Source of the DNA: Candidatus Eiseniibacteriota bacterium
Lineage (GTDB): Bacteria; Eisenbacteria; RBG-16-71-46; CAZAMP01
Assembly: GCA_965224245.1 (NCBI GenBank)
Contig: OZ245046.1
Location: 192,001 to 256,000, forward strand
Direction of reading: 5' to 3'
Length of the DNA: 64,000 nt
The translations under genes and the position numbers were made by a program. Positions 31,385 to 40,729 of this stretch are shown one piece after another. Numbering within the stretch: position 1 is the stretch's first letter; every line of letters begins with the position of its first letter. Below the pieces are notes generated by a model that saw only the letters and a program-made list of their open reading frames with translations, was not told the origin of the DNA and ran no database searches.

Positions 31385-31914
31385 CCAGCTCTCCGGAGAA
31401 CCCGGTACGGTTCACAGTGGTGCTTGCTTCCGCGGAAGATGCACTGACGACGAAGCAGGAACTTGCCCAGCCGATGCCGGGTCCGGCACAGATCCTCCCG
31501 GACGTCCGCCCGACAGCGGCACAGATCGCGGAGCGCCTCGTCCTGCTCGTTCGGCGGATGCACCTCGGTCGAGAGCCCGGCGCGGAACAGCTCCGCCAGC
31601 TTGCGAGCATCCCGACGATCGGTCTTGATCCGGCCTCCCGGACGCCGCGGGATCAGCGACGGGACCACCACTGTGCATGAGATGCCCCACTCGGTCAGCC
31701 GGCGCTGGGTCCCGTAGCCGGTGGGACCAGCCTCGTAACACACCGCCAGATCCCCCGGAGCCTCGCGCTCGAGCCGACGCGCCAGTCGGCGCACCGCCTC
31801 CACCGTGTGCGGCTCCTGCCACTGCAGAACCCGATCCGACCCCGGCACCAGGACGGCCACCTGGACCGTCCGTTTGTGTGTGTCCAGACCGACGAAGGTG
31901 GTATCGTTGGACAC

Positions 31915-32040
31915 GACCGGCTCCTTTCGTATGCGGCTCTGGTGCCGCAAGGCGCTAACCCGCGATCTACCGGGGCTTCGACCCCCGTATGTCGGCTGCT
32001 TGCAGCACGACCTTACGATCGCGAGCCGGTCGTTCCATAC
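31915..32040. ncRNA. Structured left non-coding end of the IS110 element
   Basis: Closing stem CGACCGGCTC/GAGCCGGTCG overlaps the RBS; three internal hairpins; contains an antisense copy of the bridge-loop motif. Confidence 0.5.
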
Positions 32041-32080
32041 TGTCTAGCCGACTGCTCGCAACTCGAGAGAAGCTCGGATC

Positions 32081-32110
32081 GGGGGGCGCCGCTCGGCGCC
32101 CCTCTTTTTT
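32081..32110 (+). terminator. Intrinsic terminator, probably the original one for the 27476 gene
   Basis: GGGGGGCGCC-GCTC-GGCGCCCCTC followed by T6. Confidence 0.85.
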
Positions 32111-32284
32111 GGGATCGAGGCGGCTCGGGCTCGACCCCTGTCCTGGGTCGACCGGCCGCCACCCGGACGCGCCGCTCGCCGCGCGTCCGACGGGTGCCGT
32201 TCCGGTCACACCGCCCCGGCGGTCTGCTACCATCTACGAACCGACATCCCCGCGCCCATGACGAGCGAAACCCGAGGTATCCCC

Positions 32285-34828
32285 ATGATCCGGCACGCCT
32301 TTCGTGCGGTGACGGCCGTCGCCGTGCTGACCACCGCCGTCCTCCCGCCGTCGTTCGCGGACGAGCCCGTCGGGCTCGATCGGATGGCGCAATGGTTCCA
32401 GGAGCATCCGGAGCAACGGTCCCGGCCGAGCAGCGGCTGGAAGCCCTTTCAGCGCGCGGTCTGGTTTGCGGAGACGCACGGCGCCGTCAACGGCGCCGAC
32501 GCGGCGCGCCTCCGTCGCGATGCGTTCGCCGCGGCGCGCGCGCGCATCGACGCCGCACCTCGGGGCGCGGGGTGGTTCGCCGCCGGACCCGCGGAGTTCT
32601 CGGGGCGGGCGCTCGCCATCGATTTCCATCCGCTGGATCCGAGCACGGTCTTCGTCGGCACCGCGTCGGGCGGGCTGTGGAAGACCACCGACGGCGGAGC
32701 GACGTGGATACCCACCACCGACGATCTCCCTACGCTCGCGGTGGGTGGGGTGTGCGTTCTCGCGTCGGACCCCGACGTGGTGCTGATCGGCACCGGCGAG
32801 GGAACGGGCGTCGGCTTCGTCACGGCAGGGCTGGGCATCTTCGGCATCGGCCTCCTGAAGTCGACCGACGGCGGGCTCACCTGGGGCCCGACGTCGCTCA
32901 CCTATCCCCGGAGCGGACCTCACGGCTTCAACATCATCGTGGACAACCCGACCACCGGGACCGTCCTCGCCGCGGCCAACGACGGTCTGTGGCGATCCAG
33001 CGACGAGGGAGACACGTGGACGCGCGTCCTCGACGACGGCAACTTCTTCGATGTGAAGTGGAAGCCCGGCGACCCGAGCACGGTGTACGTGTCCAAGGGA
33101 CGGGACCCGTTCCTGCACTCCCAGAACGACAACGGCGTCTTCGTGTCGACCGACGACGGACTCACGTTCACGCTCGCGGGCTTCGGGCAGCCCGACGGCA
33201 GCCTCATCGGCAACACGCGCATCGCGGTGACCGTGGCCGATCCCGAGGTCATCTACGCGCACTACGTCAGCCGGACGTCTCAGCGCACGCTCGGCATCTA
33301 TCGCAGCACCGACGGCGGAGCAAGCTGGCTGCTCCGTCACGACGCCACGAACATGACCGGCGGGCAGGGCTGGTACAACTGCGTGATCGCGGCCGATCCG
33401 AACGACGCGGACCGCGTGATCACCGGGGGAGTGGCGCTGTACGTATCCGACGACGGGGGTCGCAGCTACACGGACCTCAACGGTGACGTGCCGTTCGGGG
33501 ACGACACCGCGCCGCACTGGGACAATCACGCCATCGCCTACGAGCCGGGCTCGACGAGCACGCTGTGGATCGCCACCGACGGGGGGACCTGGCGATCCAC
33601 GGACGACGGCGCGACGTGGTCGGAGGCGCGCGACGGGATCATGTCGTACCAGTTCTACGACATCTGCGTGGCGCAGTCCGATCCATTCTTCGCCATGGGC
33701 GGCACGCAGGACAACGGCATTCCCGGCCGGACCGGGCTCGACACCTGGTTCCACTCCACGCTCGTCGCCGACGGCATGGTCTGCAACGTGCACCCGACGA
33801 TCGGCACCACCGTGTACGCGGAGTGGCAGAATGGAAACCACGTCGTCTCGCACGACGGTGGGCAGACCTGGGCGCCGAACCGGAACGGCATCACCGGCGC
33901 CGGCAGCTGGATCACGCCGGTGGACATCGATCTGTCGGACGGCTCCCGGCTGTTCACGTCGACCTCCGACGGCATCTTCCGCACGACGAACGGGGGTGGA
34001 GTGTGGTCCCGCGTGGCGTCGCATCTCGCGAAGTGGATCTCGATCTCCGCGGCCGACGGCGACGTGGTGTGGACCGTACATCCCGAGAGCGGGCTCTACG
34101 TGACCACCGACGGCGGCACCACCTGGACCCCGCGCGGGTCGGTGCCCGAACCGCTCGGGCTCGTGACCAAGGTCGCCGGCCACCCCACCGAGCCCGGCAC
34201 GGCCTTCGTGACCTACAGCGGCTACGGCACCGGCGGTCCCCACGTCGTCACGACGTCGAACTTCGGCGTCACGTGGACGGACGTCACCGGCGATCTTCCC
34301 GACCAGCCGGCGAACACGTTCATCGTCGATCCCGCGCGCCCCGGCGACTGGTACGTGGGAACGGACACCGGAGTGTGGACCTCCAGCGACGCCGGAAGCT
34401 CCTGGATCCCCTACGGGGTGGGTCTGACCATGGCCGTGGTCACCGACCTCGAGGTCCGGCGTCCTGACCGCAAGCTCGTGGCCGGGACGTACGGCCGGGC
34501 CATGTGGGAGACGACGTTGCCCGAGGTCGTCGGCGTGGCCGACGCGCCGACGCTCGCAGAGCGGGTCCTTCTCCTCGACCGCCCTCATCCGCTGCCCGCA
34601 CGCGAGGGTGTGACGCTGAGGTTCGCCGCGCGGGCCGACGGCGCGGCCACGCTGGCCATCTACGACGTCCAGGGTCGGGTGGTGGACCGGGTGGTCGTGA
34701 ACGCGCGTGCCGACGGGGTGATCCGCATGACACGGTGGGATGCGTCGGCGGTGGCGCCGGGGGTCTACTTCGCCGTGCTGGAGGCGGGCGGCCATCGAAT
34801 CACCCGGCGCGTCGTCATCGATCGCTGA
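32285..34828 (+). CDS. BNR/Asp-box (sortilin/GH74-like) beta-propeller protein with CTD
   Basis: Many S/TxDGGxTW repeats; GQGWY and GGTQDNG motifs; CTD; alternative start at 32258. Confidence 0.92.
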   Translation: MIRHAFRAVTAVAVLTTAVLPPSFADEPVGLDRMAQWFQEHPEQRSRPSSGWKPFQRAVWFAETHGAVNGADAARLRRDAFAAARARIDAAPRGAGWFAAGPAEFSGRALAIDFHPLDPSTVFVGTASGGLWKTTDGGATWIPTTDDLPTLAVGGVCVLASDPDVVLIGTGEGTGVGFVTAGLGIFGIGLLKSTDGGLTWGPTSLTYPRSGPHGFNIIVDNPTTGTVLAAANDGLWRSSDEGDTWTRVLDDGNFFDVKWKPGDPSTVYVSKGRDPFLHSQNDNGVFVSTDDGLTFTLAGFGQPDGSLIGNTRIAVTVADPEVIYAHYVSRTSQRTLGIYRSTDGGASWLLRHDATNMTGGQGWYNCVIAADPNDADRVITGGVALYVSDDGGRSYTDLNGDVPFGDDTAPHWDNHAIAYEPGSTSTLWIATDGGTWRSTDDGATWSEARDGIMSYQFYDICVAQSDPFFAMGGTQDNGIPGRTGLDTWFHSTLVADGMVCNVHPTIGTTVYAEWQNGNHVVSHDGGQTWAPNRNGITGAGSWITPVDIDLSDGSRLFTSTSDGIFRTTNGGGVWSRVASHLAKWISISAADGDVVWTVHPESGLYVTTDGGTTWTPRGSVPEPLGLVTKVAGHPTEPGTAFVTYSGYGTGGPHVVTTSNFGVTWTDVTGDLPDQPANTFIVDPARPGDWYVGTDTGVWTSSDAGSSWIPYGVGLTMAVVTDLEVRRPDRKLVAGTYGRAMWETTLPEVVGVADAPTLAERVLLLDRPHPLPAREGVTLRFAARADGAATLAIYDVQGRVVDRVVVNARADGVIRMTRWDASAVAPGVYFAVLEAGGHRITRRVVIDR

Positions 34829-35080
34829 TGGGACGACTCTGGTCGAGGCCTCACCCGCCGTCTTCCCGGCGCGTGGTGCCTCCAGTTCGAACGTACGGTC
34901 GGATCATGGTGGGCAAGGCGTCTGGTCTCGCGGCCGCGTCCCCCTGGCCCGGCGTGATGGTCCTGTTCGCCCGGCGCCCCCCGGTCCGCTTCAGTTCTGT
35001 TCCGGCGTGTCGATAGCCGAATGCGAGGCCAGGATGCTGGCTGGTCGCGCCGTCCACACGCACGGGGAGGCAGGAGAACC

Positions 35081-35266
35081 ATGGGACTGAAGAAGTGCCG
35101 AGACTGCGGGAGGGACGTGAGCACGCAGGCGAAGTCGTGTCCGAACTGCGGTGCACCGCCGCCGAGCAGCCGAGGCACGTTGCGCGCGTTTGGACTGATC
35201 GTCATGGCGTTCCTCGGCGTGGCGTTGGTGGTGGCGTTCGTCGCCTGGCGTCAGGTCCCTCAGTAG
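35081..35266 (+). CDS. Small zinc-ribbon membrane protein (61 aa)
   Basis: AGGAG RBS; CRDC..CPNC followed by a TM helix. Confidence 0.8.
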   Translation: MGLKKCRDCGRDVSTQAKSCPNCGAPPPSSRGTLRAFGLIVMAFLGVALVVAFVAWRQVPQ

Positions 35267-36010
35267 TCGCAGCCCGCGACCGCGAGGCCCGGGATCCGGG
35301 AGACGTCCCAAGAGCCCACCGTCCCGCCGGGAGGAGTCCACGCGGCCACAGCGGCTTCCATCCATCATGTCGGGACACGCGGACCCGCTCGACGTGAGAA
35401 GCTGGTCCGACCCCACCGGATCAGCCGAGTCGCTCACCAACCCGCAAGCCCCCTCGTCACCACGCAACGCATGAGCCATCCCGATTCCCGTTTCCGAGGG
35501 TATGGCCCGGATCCACACTGTCCTATACTGATCGACCAATTCGGTTCATCGTATTCATAGTAGAGTAGAGATGTTCAGTGAATATCGACTCGCCGGACCT
35601 CGCGTGGTTCGCGATGGGCTGGCCGGCGCATCTCCATTGGATCGGCTTCCTCTCGGAGGCGGCGCGCTCGGCGCACCTCGCATCGACACCGTGCCCCCGG
35701 CAGCTCCTCAGCGAAGCTCACTCTCTCTCCGCTCTCGTTCGTCCGGGCTGCGGGGAGCGTGCGCGTCGCCATCGCGAGCGTCGTGGGATCTCGCGCCCGC
35801 CACCGATCGGTATCGCCGGCACCGTCCAGCGTGCGTCATGACGTGACCTGCCTCGGTGGTCGAGTCACGGACCTCGTTCAGCGGACGATCGGATCGTCCG
35901 CATCATCACTTCGATCGGGGGAGCGACAGATGACGACGGCACATCGTTCGACGCCCGCTCGACGGGAACGATCGCGTTTCGGCCGGCCGAGTCCGGGAGC
36001 CGGACGGAAG

Positions 36011-36586
36011 GTGAACCGGGTGTTACTCCTTCTGCTCGTGTGTGCGGGCGGGGAGCGTGCGCTCGCCGCCGACGGACCGGACATCCTCTCCCAGCGGGTC
36101 TATTCGCCCATCGAGCTGACGCACGGACAGTCATACGGAGTGGGAGAGCCCCGGCCCGCGACGGCCTCGGCCAGCGTGATGCCATCGATCGGCCTGGGGC
36201 CGGTCGGTCGAGTCCGGCTCGGCGTGGCCGGCAACTACTCGTGGGTCAACCCCGGGTGGCGCATCGCAGGCGGGCCCCGCCTGGCCCTTCGGATCTGGTC
36301 GCTGAGCGCTGGCTCGCTGAGCCTGGGCGAGGTGGGGCTCTACCTGGACGGCCGGATGCTGTTCGAGGAGCGAGGGGAGCAGATCATCCAGATCGGCTCC
36401 GCGTTCAGCCTCGACGATCTGCTCCATCTGGGCATTCGCTACTCGCACGTCGCCGATCGCGCTGTCGATCGATACGAGCTCACACTCGGTTTCGGCCTGC
36501 TCCGGTGGATCCACGTCCTCGATACCGAGGAGCGGGATCCGTTCGGGGACGAGGACGACACCGAGGTAATCGACCCGGTCGGATAG
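36011..36586 (+). CDS. Hypothetical secreted, probable beta-barrel protein
   Basis: Signal-like VNRVLLLLLVC; amphipathic strands; 11 bp upstream of the patatin gene; start uncertain (35930 or 36011). Confidence 0.6.
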   Translation: MNRVLLLLLVCAGGERALAADGPDILSQRVYSPIELTHGQSYGVGEPRPATASASVMPSIGLGPVGRVRLGVAGNYSWVNPGWRIAGGPRLALRIWSLSAGSLSLGEVGLYLDGRMLFEERGEQIIQIGSAFSLDDLLHLGIRYSHVADRAVDRYELTLGFGLLRWIHVLDTEERDPFGDEDDTEVIDPVG

Positions 36587-36597
36587 GGGAGGTGGCG

Positions 36598-37605
36598 ATG
36601 AGCAAGACCGCACTCGTCGTGAGCGGCGGAGGATCGAAGGGGGCGTTTGCCGTCGGCGCGATCAAGCACCTCTTGAGCACCGGACTCGACTTCGACATCG
36701 TGGTCGGAACGAGCACCGGCGCACTGATCGCCCCGCTCGTCGTGAGCGGCGACATCGTGTTGCTCGAGGAGGTCTACACCTCGGTACGCACGAAGAACGT
36801 CGTGGCCAGAAAGCGCGTCGCGGACGCGCTGGCCACGACGTCGGTGTTCGACGTGGAGCCGTTGGCGACGCTCATCAGCACCCACATCGACGACGACCGC
36901 GCCAGGCGACTCGTACGTAGCGACAAGCAGCTCCTCGTGTGTACGGTCGAGCTGCAGAGCGGCGCGACCGTCTATCATCACACGCGGGAAGCGCCAGAGC
37001 CCGACGAGAACGTCCGGTATCGTCGCATGCGTTCGCGCAGCGACATCATGCGCGCCGTGCTCGCGTCGGCGTGCATCCCGGTGTTCATGCCGCCGATCTC
37101 GATCCCCAAGGACTCCGACCACCAGTTCGTGGACGGTGGGGTCCGTGAGATCGCACCGATCAAGGCGGCCATCAATGCCGGTGCAACCGACATCTACGCG
37201 ATCATCCTGAGTCCCAAGAAGCGCGAGCCGAAGCCCGGCTCATTCGAGAAGTCGACCGGCGTGTTGCTGCGCGTGATCGACCTCTTCACCCAGGAGGTCG
37301 TGCTGAACGACCTCCGTCACGCCCGCCGGTACGCCGAGACCAATCGCTACCACGACGCCGTTCGCGCTGCGTTGAAGGCCGAGGGCGTTGCCGACGACAC
37401 CATCGCGCGTGCGTTTGCGAGTGCGGCGAGTCCCGTCGAGGATACGGACGTTCGCAGCCTGCACGTCATCCGGCCGGCCAGCGAGATCGAGCTGGATACG
37501 CTCACGTTCGACCCGGTCGCCATGTCCGCGATACTCCGAGAGGGGGAGACACGTGCGGGCGCCGCCTTGCGTGACCCGGTCGAGTGGCTGGGCGACTTCG
37601 CGTGA
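36598..37605 (+). CDS. Patatin-like phospholipase
   Basis: GGGSKG, GTSTG and DGG motifs; GGAGG RBS. Confidence 0.93.
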   Translation: MSKTALVVSGGGSKGAFAVGAIKHLLSTGLDFDIVVGTSTGALIAPLVVSGDIVLLEEVYTSVRTKNVVARKRVADALATTSVFDVEPLATLISTHIDDDRARRLVRSDKQLLVCTVELQSGATVYHHTREAPEPDENVRYRRMRSRSDIMRAVLASACIPVFMPPISIPKDSDHQFVDGGVREIAPIKAAINAGATDIYAIILSPKKREPKPGSFEKSTGVLLRVIDLFTQEVVLNDLRHARRYAETNRYHDAVRAALKAEGVADDTIARAFASAASPVEDTDVRSLHVIRPASEIELDTLTFDPVAMSAILREGETRAGAALRDPVEWLGDFA

Positions 37606-37810
37606 GAGCGGACGGCAGGTGACACGGGACGGCGCGTGTGCCATCTCGGCACGGCTCCGTGGTACGATAACCCGGTATCGTGGAGGTCCCGCCGCTGGAT
37701 GTCGGGATCGGGGTCGGTGGCATGAGCGCGGTCCCACGTCGCTCCTTCATGGGCTCGTCCCCGAGGTCGCCGGTCGCACGGCGGACCCCACATCGGTCGA
37801 GGAGCAGCCG

Positions 37811-38932
37811 GTGCAACGCTTGACACGATGCGTCGCCGCCTACACGTTTGCCGCCCTCGGGGCGATTCTGCCGTCCACGACATCGGCGGAGACCCTCTTC
37901 GCGCTGGTCGACACCGGCGAGGTCTTCGGCTCGGTGGACGGCGGTGTCACATGGAGCGTGTTCGGGACGTTACCGGTGAGCGACGCCGTCGCGCTCACCG
38001 CGGCCGAGTCGCAGAGCGATCTCCTGGTGCTGACCGAGTCCGGCTCGGTGTACCGATCCGACGACGGCGGGATCAGCTGGAGCCTCATCGGTGCGGTCAC
38101 GGCATCGGATTGTATCGGCCTCACGTTCGTGTCGAGCGGACCCGTCGCGCTCACCACATCCGGGGGCTGCTTCACGTCGTCCGATGGAGGGATGACGTTC
38201 TCGCTGGTCGGTGGATCCGTGGCCTCCGATCACGTGGCGCTGACCCGATCGGCCTCCGGATCCTCTCTCCATGCCCTCACCCGAACCGGACTCTGCATCG
38301 AGAGCCTCGACGGCGGGGTGTCCTGGAGCGTGATCGGGACCATCACCGCGCCCGATCTCGTGTCGCTGGTCGAGGACGATGCGGGCGATCTGCACGCGCT
38401 CACCCACACGGGCATGATCCACCGGAGCACGGACGGAGGGGCCACGTGGGTAGCCGTGGGCACGGTGTCACAGGTGGGCATGACCGATCTCGTGATCGAC
38501 GACGAGGGGGCATTCGTCGCGAGCGCAACGACCGGAGAGATGTACGTGTCCAGCGATGCCGCCGTCTCGTGGAGCGTCGTCGGGGCGACGGGACAGCTCC
38601 ACACCGTGGCGCTCGGGACCGACCAGCTATTGCTGGGTGTCGGGGATTCCTCCGAGCCCACTCCGGCGGTTCCCCGCGTCTGGCCGAACCCGGGTCGCCT
38701 GAGTACCCCCGTCCTTCATGTCCTGACTCCGGGGGCGGATCCGGGCAGCGTCGCGGTGGTGACCATGTACGACGTCGTCGGACGACGCGTCGGATCCGAT
38801 CGGGTGCCGGTCGATGATGGGGGGCTCCTCCGGTGGGAGCCGACCGACCGCGTGCCGCCGGGGGTGTACGTCGTCTCCATCTCGACCGACTCGGGGAGGC
38901 CGACGTCCGTGCCCTGGGTCCTCCTGCCCTGA
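37811..38932 (+). CDS. Asp-box repeat protein with divergent CTD
   Basis: Six SxDGGxT/SW-like repeats; VWPNPG..YDVVGR..PGVY. Confidence 0.85.
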   Translation: MQRLTRCVAAYTFAALGAILPSTTSAETLFALVDTGEVFGSVDGGVTWSVFGTLPVSDAVALTAAESQSDLLVLTESGSVYRSDDGGISWSLIGAVTASDCIGLTFVSSGPVALTTSGGCFTSSDGGMTFSLVGGSVASDHVALTRSASGSSLHALTRTGLCIESLDGGVSWSVIGTITAPDLVSLVEDDAGDLHALTHTGMIHRSTDGGATWVAVGTVSQVGMTDLVIDDEGAFVASATTGEMYVSSDAAVSWSVVGATGQLHTVALGTDQLLLGVGDSSEPTPAVPRVWPNPGRLSTPVLHVLTPGADPGSVAVVTMYDVVGRRVGSDRVPVDDGGLLRWEPTDRVPPGVYVVSISTDSGRPTSVPWVLLP

Positions 38933-38975
38933 TCGACGACGCACGATCGCCGGCGAAACCGGCAATCGCCGGACA

Positions 38976-40370
38976 TCACGGGGAAGTCGCCCGGAGCGCC
39001 ACCTTGAACTCCGTCCGGCCCGGCCGCGAATCCACGGTGATGTCACCGTGGTGACGGCGGACCAGTCGCCGCGCGATGTCCAGCCCCAGACCGGTTCCAT
39101 GACCGGGCGGCTTCGTGGTGTAGAAGGGGTCGAAGATCCAGGGTAGGACGTCGGCCGCGATTCCCGGTCCGTCGTCGATCACGCTCACCTCGACACGGTC
39201 ATGCGTGGTGCGCGCGGTGATGTCGACCCGGCCTTCCTCGGAGACGGCATCGATGGCGTTGTCGAGAAGGTTCGACCAGACCTGGTTCAGCTCGGCCCCC
39301 GACGCATGCGCCCGGGGGAGATCAGGCTCGACGTCGATGGCCAGGGTCACGTGCTTGTCCTTGGCCTTCGAGGCATAGACCCGCGCCGTATCCCTCAGAC
39401 CGACCGCCACGTCCACCGAGTCCGGGGCGGACAGGTTATCCATGTACGTGAAGCGCTTGACGGACGAGACCAGCTCGTGGATCTGGGTGGCCGCCTTCTC
39501 GATGTCCCGCGCCAGCCACTGGGTCTGACACCCGGACGCGATCCAGCGAACCGCCGCGCGCAGGGCATCGCCTTCGGTCGCCTGGGCCAGCGCGTCGAGG
39601 GATCCGGGATCGACCGCCGTCTCGGCGAGCGGATCCGCCAGCGCGGCGTCGCAGCCGTGGCGCGACAGCCAGTCCGAGAGCGCGTCCTCACGATCGGCCT
39701 GCTCGAAGGGGGAGAGCGACCGCTCCGCCGGATCCACGCGGCACGTGTTGCGTACCGACTCGATGACGCTGAGAAGATCCGTGTCCACCGAGGCCGCCAC
39801 CAGCGCCTCGACGATGGCGTCCGTCTCGGAGAGCCCGTCCAGGAGCAGCTTGGCCCCCCGCAACGTCGCCGAGGCCGGGTTGTTCAGCTCGTGGGCCAGT
39901 CCCGCCGCGAGCTTCCCGAGGGACACCATCTTCTCGTCCTGTAGATCGCTGGCCCGGAAGCCGCGTGCGCGGTCGACCATCACGTGTACGCAGTGGGTGG
40001 TCAGCTCGGGACACCGCTGGATCATCTCGGGGAAGACGCTGGAGGGGACCTGGAGGGCCTCGACGGGTTCCTCGACGTACGTCTCGCCCTGATTGATGTT
40101 CATGCGGGAGTACGGGAGCTTCCCCGTCACGCTGCCGGCGCGCCATCCCATGACCCGTCGCGGACCGGCCCCGCGATCGATCCGGATCGAGAGGACCCCG
40201 CTCAGGATGATCCAGAGATGGTGAACGCTCCCGCCCGTGCGGGTGGGCTTGTCTCCGACCGGGAAGGTGACGACCTCGCCGTGGTCGACCAGCCACTCCA
40301 GCTCGTGGCGCGGGATGTCCTGGAGTGTCGGCAGAGCGGCCAGGCGATCCACCAGAGAGGCGTCCATCAT
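38976..40370 (-). CDS. Cytoplasmic histidine kinase with N-terminal cNMP-binding-like domain
   Basis: AHELNNP H-box, NLLDNA N-box, DDGPGI and GTGLGL; no TM segment. Confidence 0.92.
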   Translation of the reverse strand: MMDASLVDRLAALPTLQDIPRHELEWLVDHGEVVTFPVGDKPTRTGGSVHHLWIILSGVLSIRIDRGAGPRRVMGWRAGSVTGKLPYSRMNINQGETYVEEPVEALQVPSSVFPEMIQRCPELTTHCVHVMVDRARGFRASDLQDEKMVSLGKLAAGLAHELNNPASATLRGAKLLLDGLSETDAIVEALVAASVDTDLLSVIESVRNTCRVDPAERSLSPFEQADREDALSDWLSRHGCDAALADPLAETAVDPGSLDALAQATEGDALRAAVRWIASGCQTQWLARDIEKAATQIHELVSSVKRFTYMDNLSAPDSVDVAVGLRDTARVYASKAKDKHVTLAIDVEPDLPRAHASGAELNQVWSNLLDNAIDAVSEEGRVDITARTTHDRVEVSVIDDGPGIAADVLPWIFDPFYTTKPPGHGTGLGLDIARRLVRRHHGDITVDSRPGRTEFKVALRATSP

Positions 40371-40647
40371 GCAGGTCTCCCGGGAAAAGAGGGGGTCAGA
40401 GTATCCGAGACCTCGACTCGGCAGGCAATCCTCGCGGGTTCCGCAAGAGCGTCCGCGTGCTGGGCGTCGTCGTGGAGCCGCTTCGGGATTCACCGGCACG
40501 ATCGGGGTACCCGTCTCGGGGGCGTGAGATTGCAACCGCAAATCATTTTGAACCATTGGGTTATGGGCCAGGTCGTCTCGGCGATCGGGGGCGGCCCGAT
40601 CGACTCTGCCCCATCGAGTCGCACCACATCCTTCTCGGCCCAAAAAG

Positions 40648-40688
40648 ACTTTGCAGGTTTCCCCGGAGGAATTCGAACTGACGACCAG
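40648..40688 (+). promoter_or_regulatory. Conserved bipartite upstream element, copy 1
   Basis: ACTTTGCAGGTTTC-N10-TTCGAACTGACGACCAG; both blocks are identical at 42287-42327. Confidence 0.65.
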
Positions 40689-40729
40689 CCCAGTCGAACA
40701 CCTTTCATTCATTCGCCGAGGAGACGACG

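Noticed and set aside
31991-31997. GTCGGCT matching the IS110 flank as a guide
   Set aside because: It lies within a predicted stem, and a 7-nt GC-rich match is plausible by chance.
35270-35930. Short ORFs and AT-rich patch between the zinc-ribbon and patatin units
   Set aside because: No convincing RBS, motif or RNA structure; probably promoter or decayed sequence.
36598-37605. CBASS CapV-type defence effector
   Set aside because: No CD-NTase or other defence genes nearby.
40630-40660. Sigma-54 promoter around TTGCA
   Set aside because: GG-N10-GC spacing is absent in both paralog copies.
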